A DNA stretch of 64,000 nucleotides, taken from NCBI GenBank assembly GCA_965261595.1, contig CBDHDG010000006.1:1568001-1632000 (forward strand), written 5' to 3'. Position 1 is the first letter of the stretch, and each line of letters opens with the position of its first letter. Positions 22,254-32,726 of this stretch are shown one piece after another. Below the pieces are notes generated by a model that saw only the letters and a list, made by a program, of their open reading frames with translations, searched no databases and was not told the origin of the DNA. This DNA is from a bacterium. Its GTDB lineage: Bacteria; UBA8248; JACPRG01; G963555815. The position numbers and the translations under genes were made by a program.

Positions 22254-23552
22254 TCAGGTCGCGGCGGGGAGGGGTTGCCGATAGAACGATTCTCGAATGC
22301 TGAAGCTCAAGGCCGAGGCCGTGAACAACAGGACGGCGGCAAGCACAAACGCGGGCGTATACGACCCGGTCCAGTCGAAGATGAGACCGCCGACCAACAC
22401 GCCCACCGCCGATCCCACCTGATGAAGGCCCGTGATGGAGCCATAGAGGAGACCGATGTTCTTGGGTCCGTAAATCTCCCGGGTGAGGCTCGCCGTGGGC
22501 GGGACGGTCGCGAACCAGGAGAGGCCCGTCGCGATGGCGAAGATGTAAAGCGTCAGATAATTCTGCCAGAGGGAGAAGAACAGGAACGACGTCCCCCGGA
22601 TGAAGTACACGGCCGCCAGGGGATTCTTCCTGCCGATCCGGTCCGAGATCCAGCCGGAGAAAAGGGTCCCGAAGATGTTGAAGAACCCCGCAACGCTGAC
22701 CGCCGCGATGGCCGTGGTCACGTCGAACCCCTTGTCCGTCACATAGGAGGGGAAGTGAACCGCGAACAACATGACCGTGAACCCGCAGGTGAAGAACGAA
22801 CAGGCCAGCATCCAGAACGGCCTCGTCCGCAGCGCCTCACGCCAGCTCAGGTGTTCGAAATTGTTGAGACGGACCCGAACCTCCTCCTTCTTCGGGGAAT
22901 CGTCCGGCTCGTCCGACGTCTCGCCGTCCGGCAGCAACCCCATCTCCTGCGGTTTGCTCCGGACAACGAAGAACACAAGGGGCAGGGCCGTCGCCAGGGC
23001 CACCACCGCCACCGTCGGGAAAGCGGCCCGCCAACCCAACGTCAGGATGAAATAGCTGGCCAGGGGCACGACCAGGAGCTGTCCGAGCGGCGCCCCGGCG
23101 TTGCAGATTCCCAGGGCGGTCCCCCGAAGCTTATGAAACCACTGCATGACACACGTGGCGACGGGAACAAACGCCGTGCATACCGACCCGACGCCCACGA
23201 GGACCCCGTAAAAGAGATAGACGTGCCAAAGCGTCCCCGTGAGACCCAGCAGCATATATCCCGTTGCGATAAACAGGATCCCGATGATGAGGATCCCGCG
23301 GGAGCCGAACCGGTCCAGGGATCGGCCGACCACCGGGCTCAAAATCGCATACAGGAAATACGCCAGCGAGATGGACCCCGAGAGCTCCGCCCGGCTCCAC
23401 CCGAACTCCTTCAACACCGGCTTGAAGAAGAAACCGATGGAGGCCGTCGTCCCGAAGGTCATGCAGACCGAAAACGTCAACGCCGCAACAACGAACCATC
23501 CGTAGAAGATCGGCTTCCTGTCCGATACAGCCGGATTCCGCCCTGATGCCAT
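22254..23552 (-). CDS. MFS transporter
   Basis: About 12 hydrophobic segments; GRSLDRFG and SDRIGRK motifs. Confidence 0.9.
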   Translation of the reverse strand: MASGRNPAVSDRKPIFYGWFVVAALTFSVCMTFGTTASIGFFFKPVLKEFGWSRAELSGSISLAYFLYAILSPVVGRSLDRFGSRGILIIGILFIATGYMLLGLTGTLWHVYLFYGVLVGVGSVCTAFVPVATCVMQWFHKLRGTALGICNAGAPLGQLLVVPLASYFILTLGWRAAFPTVAVVALATALPLVFFVVRSKPQEMGLLPDGETSDEPDDSPKKEEVRVRLNNFEHLSWREALRTRPFWMLACSFFTCGFTVMLFAVHFPSYVTDKGFDVTTAIAAVSVAGFFNIFGTLFSGWISDRIGRKNPLAAVYFIRGTSFLFFSLWQNYLTLYIFAIATGLSWFATVPPTASLTREIYGPKNIGLLYGSITGLHQVGSAVGVLVGGLIFDWTGSYTPAFVLAAVLLFTASALSFSIRESFYRQPLPAAT

Positions 23553-23555
23553 ACC

Positions 23556-24833
23556 CTAACTCTCCGCTGGAACCGGTTCCCGGTACCTGGACTCCCGCAC
23601 CATAAAGCTGACCAAAGACGCCCCCATCAACAGGACCACCGCCATCATATAGGCCCCTCGATAAGACCCCGTCCAGTCGAACATCAATCCGCCCAGATAA
23701 ACCCCGACGGCCGAGCCGATCTGGTGAACACCTGTCATCGTGCCGTAGATGATCCCCATGTTCTTGGAACCGTAGATGTCCCCCGTCAACCCCGCCGTGA
23801 GGGGAACGGTGGCGAAGTAGGAGAACCCGATGACCGCGGCGAAAAGGTAAAGGGTGAAAAGGTTCTGCCAAAGGAGGAAGATGACGAAGGACATGCCGCG
23901 AACGAAGTACGTGATGCCCAGGATGTTCTTCCGGCCCGTTCTGTCCGAAATCACCCCGGCCAGAAGGGTGCCGATGACGTTGAAGAATCCCGAGAAGGAA
24001 ACGGCCCACGCGGCCGTCTGGAAATCAAACCCCAGATCCGTGGCGTAGGGGATGGTGTGGATGGTGAACAGCGTGACGCTGAATCCGCAAGCGAAATATC
24101 CAGTGGAGATCAAGAAGAACGGCCGGGTCTTCATGGCTTGGCGCCAATCGAGGTGCGCGAGATTCCTGGAAGGAGCGCCCGGAGCGTCGGCGGCCCGTCC
24201 ATCCGCCGTTCTCCCGTCCGGCCGCAGACCCATCTCTTTCGGATCATTCCGGATGACGAACAGGATCACCGGCAGGGTCGTCGCGGCCAGGATCACGGCG
24301 CTGTAGACGAAGGCCAGCCTCCAGCCGATCCGCGAGATCAGGAACGCCGCGAGATACACCACGAGAAACAGCCCCAGGGCACCGCCCGCGTTGCCGATGC
24401 TCAGGGCCATGCCCCGCCGCTTCTCGAACCAATGGATCACCGTCGCCGAGACAGTCACGAAGGTCGTGGACGCCCCGCCCAACGACACCAGGACGCCGAA
24501 ATATATGTAAACGTGCCAGAGCCGGGAAACCATGGACATCAGGGCGAAACCCACCGTCATCATGACGATCCCCACGATGAACACCGGGCGGACGCCGATT
24601 CGATCGATGATCCGTCCAATGATCGGGGACGAAAGGGCGAAGAGGAAATACCCGATGGAGATTCCCAACGACAGGTCGCCCCGCAGCCAACCGAACTCTT
24701 CGACGATGGCCTTGAAATAAACGCCGATGGACGTGCTGGTCCCGAAGGACATGCAGAGCACGAACGTGATCGCCGCAAGGACGTACCAGCCGTAGAAGAC
24801 ACGTTTTTTGGGCTCAGACGGGCTTGCCGCCAT
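23556..24833 (-). CDS. MFS transporter (tandem paralog)
   Basis: GRIIDRIG and SDRTGRK; colinear with the neighbouring MFS protein. Confidence 0.9.
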   Translation of the reverse strand: MAASPSEPKKRVFYGWYVLAAITFVLCMSFGTSTSIGVYFKAIVEEFGWLRGDLSLGISIGYFLFALSSPIIGRIIDRIGVRPVFIVGIVMMTVGFALMSMVSRLWHVYIYFGVLVSLGGASTTFVTVSATVIHWFEKRRGMALSIGNAGGALGLFLVVYLAAFLISRIGWRLAFVYSAVILAATTLPVILFVIRNDPKEMGLRPDGRTADGRAADAPGAPSRNLAHLDWRQAMKTRPFFLISTGYFACGFSVTLFTIHTIPYATDLGFDFQTAAWAVSFSGFFNVIGTLLAGVISDRTGRKNILGITYFVRGMSFVIFLLWQNLFTLYLFAAVIGFSYFATVPLTAGLTGDIYGSKNMGIIYGTMTGVHQIGSAVGVYLGGLMFDWTGSYRGAYMMAVVLLMGASLVSFMVRESRYREPVPAES

Positions 24834-25016
24834 CACAACCTCTTTGTCCGGGGAAGTGCTTTTAGGTCCGCGTCCGATTCATCTTAACACGGATGTCCCC
24901 CGGCTCTCTCCAGCGGAAACCTTACGCATCCGATTCCCGTCGGTCCGTTAGACAGGGGAAGCGAGGAGATTCCCTGTGTTTATTCGCGAAAGGTGGAGAC
25001 GCGCGGGCCGATGCCG

Positions 25017-26006
25017 TCAGTCCGCCAACTTGAAAAGCCGGACGGCGTTATCGCCCAGAACCTTTTTTCTCTCGTCTTCCGGGCGATCCCAATCCCGGAT
25101 GCTCGTGACGGCCCGGTTGAGGTCGCCGATGCGGAACGGGAAGTCGCTCCCCATGAGCATGTTGTCCGCCCCGGCGAGGGTGTGCGTGCAATCCAGGGCG
25201 GGCGGATAGAAGCTCGTCGTATCGAAATAGAGGAGCTTGTAATACTCGTGGGGACTCTTGGGGATGTTGTGCTCGGTGTCCGGGTAGTTGTACCCCCAAC
25301 TGATCCGCTCGGCCAGAAACGGTAGCGCTCCCCCCAAATGCGTGGCGATCATCTTCAGGTTCGGGAACTCCTCATAAATCCCCTGATAGATGAGATTGGC
25401 GTAATGGATGGTGATCTCGAACATGAACCCGATCAGCGCGCCGAAATGGTGATTCTTGAGGAGCTCATGCTTGGCGCCCACGACGGGGTGATAAATGATC
25501 GGCACGTCCAGCTCGGCGGCCTTGGCGATGACGGGCCGGAACCGCCTGTCGCTGGCCGGGGTCCCGTCGATGTTGGCGAACGTGAACAGCCCCTTGAGTC
25601 CCAGCTCCCGGACGGCGCGCTCCAGCTCCTTGGCCGCCTCTTCCGGCTCTTTCATATAGACCGACGCCATGCCCGCGAAACGGTCCGGATGTTTCGTGCA
25701 GACTTCCGCCATCTCGTCATTCAGGTCGCGGACGAGGGCGATGCCGTCTTCCGGCCCCAGAAGGTCGCCGTTGGGAAAACCGTTGGTCAAGAGCTGCATG
25801 TCTATCCCGGCCTTGTCCAACATGGCGATCCGCTCCGCCGGGTCGAAGGCGGGCTCCACGATCGGTCCGTAATCCACGCCATTCCAATAAATCGTGGGCA
25901 GATCGGTGTCGCCGTACTTCACCTCGAAGTCGTATCGCGCGCTGAGCTCTTTCAGGCGGGAAATGTATATCTTCGGAAAGATGTGCGTGTGAACGTCAAC
26001 GATCAT
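25017..26006 (-). CDS. amidohydrolase family 2 protein (ACMSD/decarboxylase-like)
   Basis: DVHTH, YHP, HLGGALPF and GSDFPF. Confidence 0.88.
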   Translation of the reverse strand: MIVDVHTHIFPKIYISRLKELSARYDFEVKYGDTDLPTIYWNGVDYGPIVEPAFDPAERIAMLDKAGIDMQLLTNGFPNGDLLGPEDGIALVRDLNDEMAEVCTKHPDRFAGMASVYMKEPEEAAKELERAVRELGLKGLFTFANIDGTPASDRRFRPVIAKAAELDVPIIYHPVVGAKHELLKNHHFGALIGFMFEITIHYANLIYQGIYEEFPNLKMIATHLGGALPFLAERISWGYNYPDTEHNIPKSPHEYYKLLYFDTTSFYPPALDCTHTLAGADNMLMGSDFPFRIGDLNRAVTSIRDWDRPEDERKKVLGDNAVRLFKLAD

Positions 26007-26143
26007 GAGACGAGACCTTTCATGGCGGAATCCAAGGTTCAGGCGGAGTCTCTCAAATCAGTGTTGGGAGCTTGGCGTGATGGGGGCGACCGGCGGGCTG
26101 GAATTCTCCGCGCCGGAGAGCGCCTCCGCGCCGGGGGACGACC

Positions 26144-26818
26144 TCAAGGCAAGGGAAACCGCAGGTGGAAAGAAACGCCTCCGTAAATGTGATGGGTGTT
26201 CGAATCGTTCTCGTTCGTCACGTTGGTGAGCGCGCCGGAGTTCACCCGGAAAGCGTGCTCGATGTGGGAGAACTTGTACTCGGCGAAGAGCGCGAAACTG
26301 CGGAAGAAGAAATACTTCAGACCGGCCAGCGCCTGGGCGCCCACGGCGAAATTGCTGTCATCCGTCCCGCCGGAGTCGTCCGAGCCGTAGGAAAACACCG
26401 GGCCCGCGCCGACGTATGGCTCGAAGTCATCCAACGGAAATCGGAACAAACCGTTCAATCCCAGATTGACCAGCCTGATGTCCGAGGCCGCAAACGCCTT
26501 CCGGACGCGCACGCTGGTGCTCTGATTCTCGGCGGTGACCGTCTGGGCGGGGATGTCCGCCGTGTAGGTGTAGAGATCCAGCTCCAGGCCAAAGAATCGG
26601 AGGAACCAGTAGCCCGCCTTCGCTCCGAGCACGACGGAATCGTCGATGTCCAGGTTCTCGAAAACCTCGTCCACGCCCCCCGAGGTTTGCTTGAGATTTC
26701 CGGATTGGGAAATCGATCCGCCCGCGTACAGGCTGGCGAAAAACTCCGCCGACGCCACGGCGGGCGCCAGGAACAGAACCCCGACAAATACCGCAAACGC
26801 GATTCGATAAAACCGCAT
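26144..26818 (-). CDS. outer-membrane beta-barrel protein
   Basis: Signal peptide ending ASA-E; GAKAGYWF, EPYVGAG, FAEYKF and GGVSFH. Confidence 0.8.
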   Translation of the reverse strand: MRFYRIAFAVFVGVLFLAPAVASAEFFASLYAGGSISQSGNLKQTSGGVDEVFENLDIDDSVVLGAKAGYWFLRFFGLELDLYTYTADIPAQTVTAENQSTSVRVRKAFAASDIRLVNLGLNGLFRFPLDDFEPYVGAGPVFSYGSDDSGGTDDSNFAVGAQALAGLKYFFFRSFALFAEYKFSHIEHAFRVNSGALTNVTNENDSNTHHIYGGVSFHLRFPLP

Positions 26819-26913
26819 TGAATGTCTCCCCGCCGGATGTCCCATTCAGGCCGAGCCATCAAACCCTTTGAAGGATATATGCTTGCCGGTCCGCGACTGT
26901 CAAGACGCCGGCC

Positions 26914-28392
26914 TTATCGCCCGCTCGCCTCTTCTCGGTTGACATCGATGAACCGGGCGATGAATGGGTGAACGCGCTCGATCTCGCGGTGCATCTGCTG
27001 CGCCACGCGCCGGTAGGTGAAATGTCCGCCGGGGCCGCTGCGCAGCTTGACGACGTGCATGATCTCTCTCAGGTTGAGCGTCCAGAGCATCCGGCGGCGG
27101 TGGGCGTTGAGAACGAAGTAGCGCGCCTCGTTCGGGAAGTCATTCGAGAACCGCTCGTAGCCCGCCTCGGCCCGCTCGATCCCCGCCAGGTAGTCGTCCC
27201 GGGCGCCCGCGTCGTCGATCAGCTCGGGCGTCAGAAAGCCGTGCCGGATGGTGGGCGGCTGAACGCTCTGGGTGCACATCCGGTGCCGCTTCAGGTCCAG
27301 GTAGGCCCCCTGGTCCACGAGGCACTCGAAGGTGTAGTTCAGGTGCTCCATCTCGCGGATTGGGATGTCGAAGCGGTCGAGCCGCCGGAGGGCTTCTTCG
27401 ATGATCGCCTCTTTTCGCTCCCCGGGCAGGGCCGCGACGCGCCCGCGAAGGGTTTCATACGGGACGTCCCCGTGGGAATAGAGGATCGCCGCCGCGAGGA
27501 CGGTCTCCGGGTCATCGGGATGGTCGAGGATTCGGGTGTAGTTCTCCTCGGAGCGTGCTTCCGAGGGCGACCCAATCGCCGCCATCGCCGAATCCAGGGC
27601 CTTTCGGGTTTCCGCCAGATAGGGGTTGTACTCGGCGTATTTCACAAGCGTCGGGACCGCCTCCCGGCAGACCTCTTTGAGCGTCTCGCCGATCCGCCGG
27701 ACCTCGCCCAGCTCGTCGCTCAGCATCTTCCGAATGGCGTGCTCCAAAACCCGGGCGTTGGCCGTCATCCCCACGTTGGCCAGGGCGGAGATGGGCAACA
27801 GGAAACGCGCGCGGTCGAGGGCGTACGCCCGGAACCGGACGGCGTAGCCGCGCTCCGACTCGCCGTCCCGCCGGGGGAGCCGGCCCGATTCCCGGAGAAA
27901 GGCGTCCAGGCGGTTCTGGACGCGGAGATAATTATCGAACAGCCAGCGGGTCGTCTCCCGATACTCCCCCGCCAGGGACGAGGCGGCGATCTCCTCGGGG
28001 ACGTAGTAGTCATCCGGGGAGAAGACCTGATACCGGGAGGACTTTTCGGTGTAGGAGGCCAGACGGTTGGACTCGATGGCCTCGGTCGCGAACCGGCTGA
28101 CGTTTTCGATGGCGATGGACAGGACGGCGTGCTCGGCCACCGAGGCGTGGCCGTATCCGACGACCCACTTCTCGTGAAACTTCGCCGAGCCCTCGTCTGT
28201 CAGCTCCCGGGCGATCTCGTCGAAAGCCTTCGGGGAGCGGCTCGTCTTGGCGAACGCCACCGCCACGACTTCGGGGGGGAGATCTTTGAGGAGGTAGATT
28301 CGGCGGGTCTTGCCTGCGGGCGAGGGATTCCCCGTTTTCAGCGGCTCATCTGCAATTTGTGTGTTCTCGGTCGAAGCCGGTTCGGACGTCAT
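26914..28392 (-). CDS. thyX: FAD-dependent thymidylate synthase, tandem double-domain type
   Basis: Two ThyX-like repeats: GYGHASVAEH...SYTEKSSRY, and REMEH...DLKRHR...NLRE..H..KLR. Confidence 0.8.
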   Translation of the reverse strand: MTSEPASTENTQIADEPLKTGNPSPAGKTRRIYLLKDLPPEVVAVAFAKTSRSPKAFDEIARELTDEGSAKFHEKWVVGYGHASVAEHAVLSIAIENVSRFATEAIESNRLASYTEKSSRYQVFSPDDYYVPEEIAASSLAGEYRETTRWLFDNYLRVQNRLDAFLRESGRLPRRDGESERGYAVRFRAYALDRARFLLPISALANVGMTANARVLEHAIRKMLSDELGEVRRIGETLKEVCREAVPTLVKYAEYNPYLAETRKALDSAMAAIGSPSEARSEENYTRILDHPDDPETVLAAAILYSHGDVPYETLRGRVAALPGERKEAIIEEALRRLDRFDIPIREMEHLNYTFECLVDQGAYLDLKRHRMCTQSVQPPTIRHGFLTPELIDDAGARDDYLAGIERAEAGYERFSNDFPNEARYFVLNAHRRRMLWTLNLREIMHVVKLRSGPGGHFTYRRVAQQMHREIERVHPFIARFIDVNREEASGR

Positions 28393-28552
28393 CGCGGCGG
28401 AGATTCCAGGCAAGAAGAAGTCAGAAAAAACGGGACGCAACGGCGAGGGAAGCCTGAACCTTTTATATCAGAACCAAAGGGACCGGGCAATTGATTCGCC
28501 GATTCTGATGTCCTACCCAATTGGTTCCCTCGAGAAAGAAGGCAGGGGGGAA

Positions 28553-28630
28553 GGCGGGCAGGATGCCCGCCCTACCTGCTTGAAAACACCGGCTTTCCAC
28601 CGATCGGTCGGCCGGGCATCTTGCCCGGCC
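28553..28630. repeat. inverted pair of REP-like palindromes
   Basis: GTAG-GGCGGGCATCCTGCCCGCC (minus strand, 28553-28575) and GTCG-GCCGGGCATCTTGCCCGGCC (plus strand, 28607-28630). Confidence 0.65.
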
Positions 28631-28682
28631 GGAAAGGAGAATTCCGGTCTCGAAATGTAAAGCCGGTTTTGTGCCACACCTC

Positions 28683-28711
28683 TAGCGTGGAGGCTGAAGC
28701 CTCCGCGCTAC
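28683..28711 (-). repeat. GTAG-type palindrome (REP-like hairpin)
   Basis: GTAGCGCGGAGGCTTCAGCCTCCACGCTA, a 13-bp stem with one mismatch. Confidence 0.55.
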
Positions 28712-28874
28712 ACCGCAGTTCTCAAGTCCAGTTTCATTGAATCACCAAATGGGATTTGAAGAATCGACAGGGGAAGTGCAAAGTCCGAATATTTTCTGAA
28801 CGGAATAATCAAAAAAGACAATCAGACGAACACAGATCGATGGTAAGCTTTTGCGCAAGAGAGGAATAGCAGGC

Positions 28875-30984
28875 CTAGCCTTCTGGAAATTCCAGCTTTC
28901 TCGTCCGAAAGAACAGAATCTCTTCTCTTGGCGGAACCACAATCGGTTCGTAGGCCGGATTCAGCGGTTGTCCCCCGCTCTAGGGTTTTGTTGGACACTC
29001 GATTGATCCATGATTCATGGAGAAAGGGGTGTCGCGATGAACGAACAAAAGCAAGAGGGGGCTTTGGCGGAGGGCGCCCGCAGGGCGAACGGAGCCAAGG
29101 CCCCAGGGCATCGCAGTGAGCGGGGTCGGTTCTCCTGCCAGCGCAAGCGGGAGGCGGTCCTGCGTCTTTTGCGGGGCGAGAGCCTGGAGACGCTCTGCCG
29201 CGAGTTGGGCACGACAGCGGCTCGGCTTTCCGCCTGGCGCGAGGCGTTCCTTCGCGGGGGCGAGGCGGCGCTCAAAGCCCGCCCGGCGGATGAGCGGGAC
29301 GAGGAGAACGCCCGGCTCAAGGCCAAGGTGGGCGAACTCACGATGGAGGGCGAGGTCCTGCGGGAGAAGATCGACCGCCTGGAGGCCGGCCGCCCTTTAG
29401 CCGGCAGGAGGTGGAGGCGATGAGTCAGGCCCGCTTCACCTCCACGGGCAGAGCCTACGGCCTGAAGCGGGTGTGCGCCCTTTGGGGCTTGGCGCGCTCC
29501 ACGGTCTACGCGCAACGGCGGCGAGAGGCGGTCCCCGTTCATGAACGCCCCACGCCCAATAAGCGCGGCCCTGTGGGCCCGTGCACCGATGCGGAACTCC
29601 TCGGCCACATCCGGCAGGTCCTGGAGGACTCTCCCTTCCATGGCGAGGGCTACCGCAAGGTGTGGGCGAGGCTGCGCTTCGCGGGCATCCGCACCAGCAA
29701 GGAGCGGGTGCGTCGCCTGATGCGGGAGGCGGGGCTTCAGGCCCCCCACCGGGTGGGCAAACCCCGAGGTCCCAAGGCCCACAACGGGACCATCCGCACC
29801 GAGCGGCCCGACCGAATGTGGGGCACGCACATGACGACGACGGTGACCACCGAGGAGGGGATGGCCTCGGTGTTCGTGGCGGTGGATCACTGCTCGGTGG
29901 ACTGCGTGGGGATCCATGCGGCCAAGAGCGGCAACCGCTTCGAGGCCCTGGAGCCGATCCGGCAGGGGGTCGCCGAGCGCTTCGCCGGCTTGGAGGCGGA
30001 CGTCGCCGAGGGGCTTAAAGTTCGTCACGACCACGGCCCCGCCTATCTGTCCGATGACTTTCAGCGGGAGATCGCCTACCTGGGCATGACCAGTTCGCCC
30101 AGCTTCGTGCGGGCGCCCGAGGGAAATGGCTACTGTGAGTGGTTTATCCGCATCTTGAAGGAGAATCTCCTGTGGGTGCGCTCTTTCGCCACCGTAGAGG
30201 AACTGCGGTGGGCGCTGCTTGAGTTCAAGAACCTGTACAACCATCATTGGATTCTCGAGGGCTACGGCTACCGAACGCCGGCCCAGGCAAGGCAGGAAAA
30301 ACTCGCTCAAGTTGCGGAGGCCGCATGAGGTCGAATACCCTCACCCGAGTGTCCAATAACCCAGGGGCGGTCCAGTTGGAGAATTATTTGGCCGTTCTCT
30401 TTCCTGTATTTTTTTACGGTTACTCCTTCATCACCCCACTTACATACGACAGTATTTCCAATCTCCACATCCTTATTGGGTTTGACCAACAAAAGCTCAC
30501 CTTCTTGAATCGACTCGTTATCTTTATCGCCTTTCATGCTCTCCCCAGCAGCGATGACACAAAATGCGTTACGATCGTCAATGAAAATCCATGCATGTTG
30601 CTCAGCAACTCCGGTAGGATAGTCTAAGTCTGTAGTTTCTAGTATGTGCCCGCATTGCGCCTTGTTCAAAACCGGCACACTCCAAGGTCGCTTCTTGCCG
30701 TCACTCAACCGAAACCTGTCATATTCCTCTAGTCCCCAACCCCCGCCCGCATCTGTCGAACCATCAGCTTTATGTACACCGTCAGCTCTCTGTGCCAGGA
30801 GTTCGCTTATATCGACGCCCAACTCATCCGCAATGCGGGCCAAATCCCTTGGAAACGGAATGGCCTTGCCTAACTCTATTCCTTCCAAAACAACCAGAGG
30901 AATTTTTGTCTTGCGAGAGAATGTCCGCAAATCCACGCCCTGAACCTCTCGCAAGTGGCGAATCCTTGAACCAAAGTTCATCAT
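28875..30984 (-). pseudogene. XRE-HTH / S24 peptidase (CI/LexA-like) repressor split by IS copy 3
   Basis: RIRHLRE...HTH; AGESM (Ser) and VTVKK (Lys). GQIILQ|PLNPAYEPI is restored after removing the IS and the GTTG duplication. Lower GC than the flanks. Confidence 0.85.
28971..30374 (+). mobile_element. IS3-family-like element, 1404 bp (copy 3); orfA 29037-29423, orfB 29420-30328
   Basis: Near-identical to 7345-8748; flanking GTTG direct repeat; WGTD changed to WGTH. Confidence 0.92.
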
Positions 30985-31238
30985 AAGACTCCAATCCAGC
31001 CAATATCTGGCACCACCCCACAATCCCATACACACTTATTTCATTTCTAACACGGAATTGATAAGAATCAAGCTTCCTTGCCTGTATTTTTCAAAAAGAG
31101 AAGAGGCAAGGCTTCTTTCATTCTGCCGACTCGCAGATGAACCCAAGGTATTTGTGGAGAGGATGTAGCTAGCAGTCCAAGGGGAAGCAATCGGCAATTA
31201 AGACACAACAACATTTTCGTGTTGCACTCTTGCAACTT

Positions 31239-32723
31239 TCAAGGAATCTGCGCCGCCACGGCGGAGATTCCCTTGAACAGACCGGCCACGGAGACCTTGG
31301 CCGCTTCGAGGAAGGGATGGGGGTATACGCCGATCACCAAGACGCCGGCGACCATGATCGCCAACCCGATGGTCAGGGGGACGGCATTCGAGGTGTGGAT
31401 CTTCCCCGCCGGCTCCTGCATGTACATCAGCATCACGACCCGGAAGTAGTAGTAGAGGGAAATCGCGCTGTTCAACAGACCGATGACGGCCAGCCAGATG
31501 AAGCCGGCATCGACGGCGGCGGCGAAGATGTAGAACTTCCCGACAAACCCGGCGGTGGGCGGGAGGCCCGTAAGGCTCAGGAAGAAAATCAGGAGCGCCA
31601 GCGCGGGCCACGGATGCTGCCGAGCCAGGCCCCGGAAGTCCTCCAGCCGGTCCCCGCGCATACTCGGGCGGCAGAGCAGGATGATCACGGCGAACGCGCC
31701 CAGGTTCGTGAACAGGTACGCCGCCAGGTAGAGCAGGATGCTGGCGATCCCCATCTGGGTCGCGACAACGAGACCGATCAGGATGTAGCCGGCGTGAGCG
31801 ATGCTGGAATAGGCCAACATGCGCTTCAGGTTGGTCTGGACCATCGCCGCGATGTTGCCCCACGTCATGCTCACGGCGGCCAGCAGCCAGAGCAGGATAC
31901 GCCACTGATCCATCGAATCGCCGAAGGCCACCAGGAAGACCCGAACCAGGGCCGCGAAGGCCCCCGCCTTCGTCCCCACGGACATGAAGGCCGTGATGGA
32001 GGTCGGGGCGCCCTGGTAGGCGTCGGGCGCCCACATGTGGAAGGGGACCAGGGCGACCTTGAAGGCGAAACCGGCCGTCAAAAGGATGATGGCCAGCGTC
32101 AGGATCGGGCTCCCCCCGGTGCCGGAGGCCAAGGCCTCCCGAATGCCGTCCAGGTAGAGGGTCCCGGTGTAGCCGTAGATCAACGCGATGCCGTACAGAA
32201 CGATGGCCGAGCTGAAGATCCCCAGGAGGAAGTACTTGATGCCGCCCTCCTGCGACATCAGATCCCGCTTCAGGAAGCCGACGAGCAAGTACACCGGAAT
32301 GGAGAGAAGCTCGAGTCCGATATAGATCGTGAGGAGGTCGTTCCCCGAGGCCAGCACCATCATGCCGATGGTCGAGAATAGGATCAGGGCGTAATACTCG
32401 CCCCGGTTGATGTCCTCGATTTTGAGATAGCGGAACGAGATCAGGATCGTCAGAAACGCCACGCCCAGGAAGATGAACTTGAAGAAGGTGGAGAAATCGT
32501 CCACCCGGTACATCCCCCCGAACAGCTTTACGTCCGTCCCGATCCGCCCGGCCAGAAAGACGCCCGCCACGACGAGGCCCGCCAGCGCCAGGAACCCTGA
32601 GAACCCCTTCCTCTTGGGGGACAGAAAGAGGTCCACCAAAATGATCGCGCAGACGAGCACGGTCATGGCAATCTCGGGCAGAATCGGCCCGAGCTGAACC
32701 TTGGGCAGAACGATGGGATCCAT
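31239..32723 (-). CDS. nuoN: complex I subunit N (operon 2)
   Basis: GLELLS, KYFLLG, FKVALVPFHMWAPDAYQGAP and KRMLAYSSIAH. Confidence 0.93.
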   Translation of the reverse strand: MDPIVLPKVQLGPILPEIAMTVLVCAIILVDLFLSPKRKGFSGFLALAGLVVAGVFLAGRIGTDVKLFGGMYRVDDFSTFFKFIFLGVAFLTILISFRYLKIEDINRGEYYALILFSTIGMMVLASGNDLLTIYIGLELLSIPVYLLVGFLKRDLMSQEGGIKYFLLGIFSSAIVLYGIALIYGYTGTLYLDGIREALASGTGGSPILTLAIILLTAGFAFKVALVPFHMWAPDAYQGAPTSITAFMSVGTKAGAFAALVRVFLVAFGDSMDQWRILLWLLAAVSMTWGNIAAMVQTNLKRMLAYSSIAHAGYILIGLVVATQMGIASILLYLAAYLFTNLGAFAVIILLCRPSMRGDRLEDFRGLARQHPWPALALLIFFLSLTGLPPTAGFVGKFYIFAAAVDAGFIWLAVIGLLNSAISLYYYFRVVMLMYMQEPAGKIHTSNAVPLTIGLAIMVAGVLVIGVYPHPFLEAAKVSVAGLFKGISAVAAQIP

Positions 32724-32726
32724 GGA

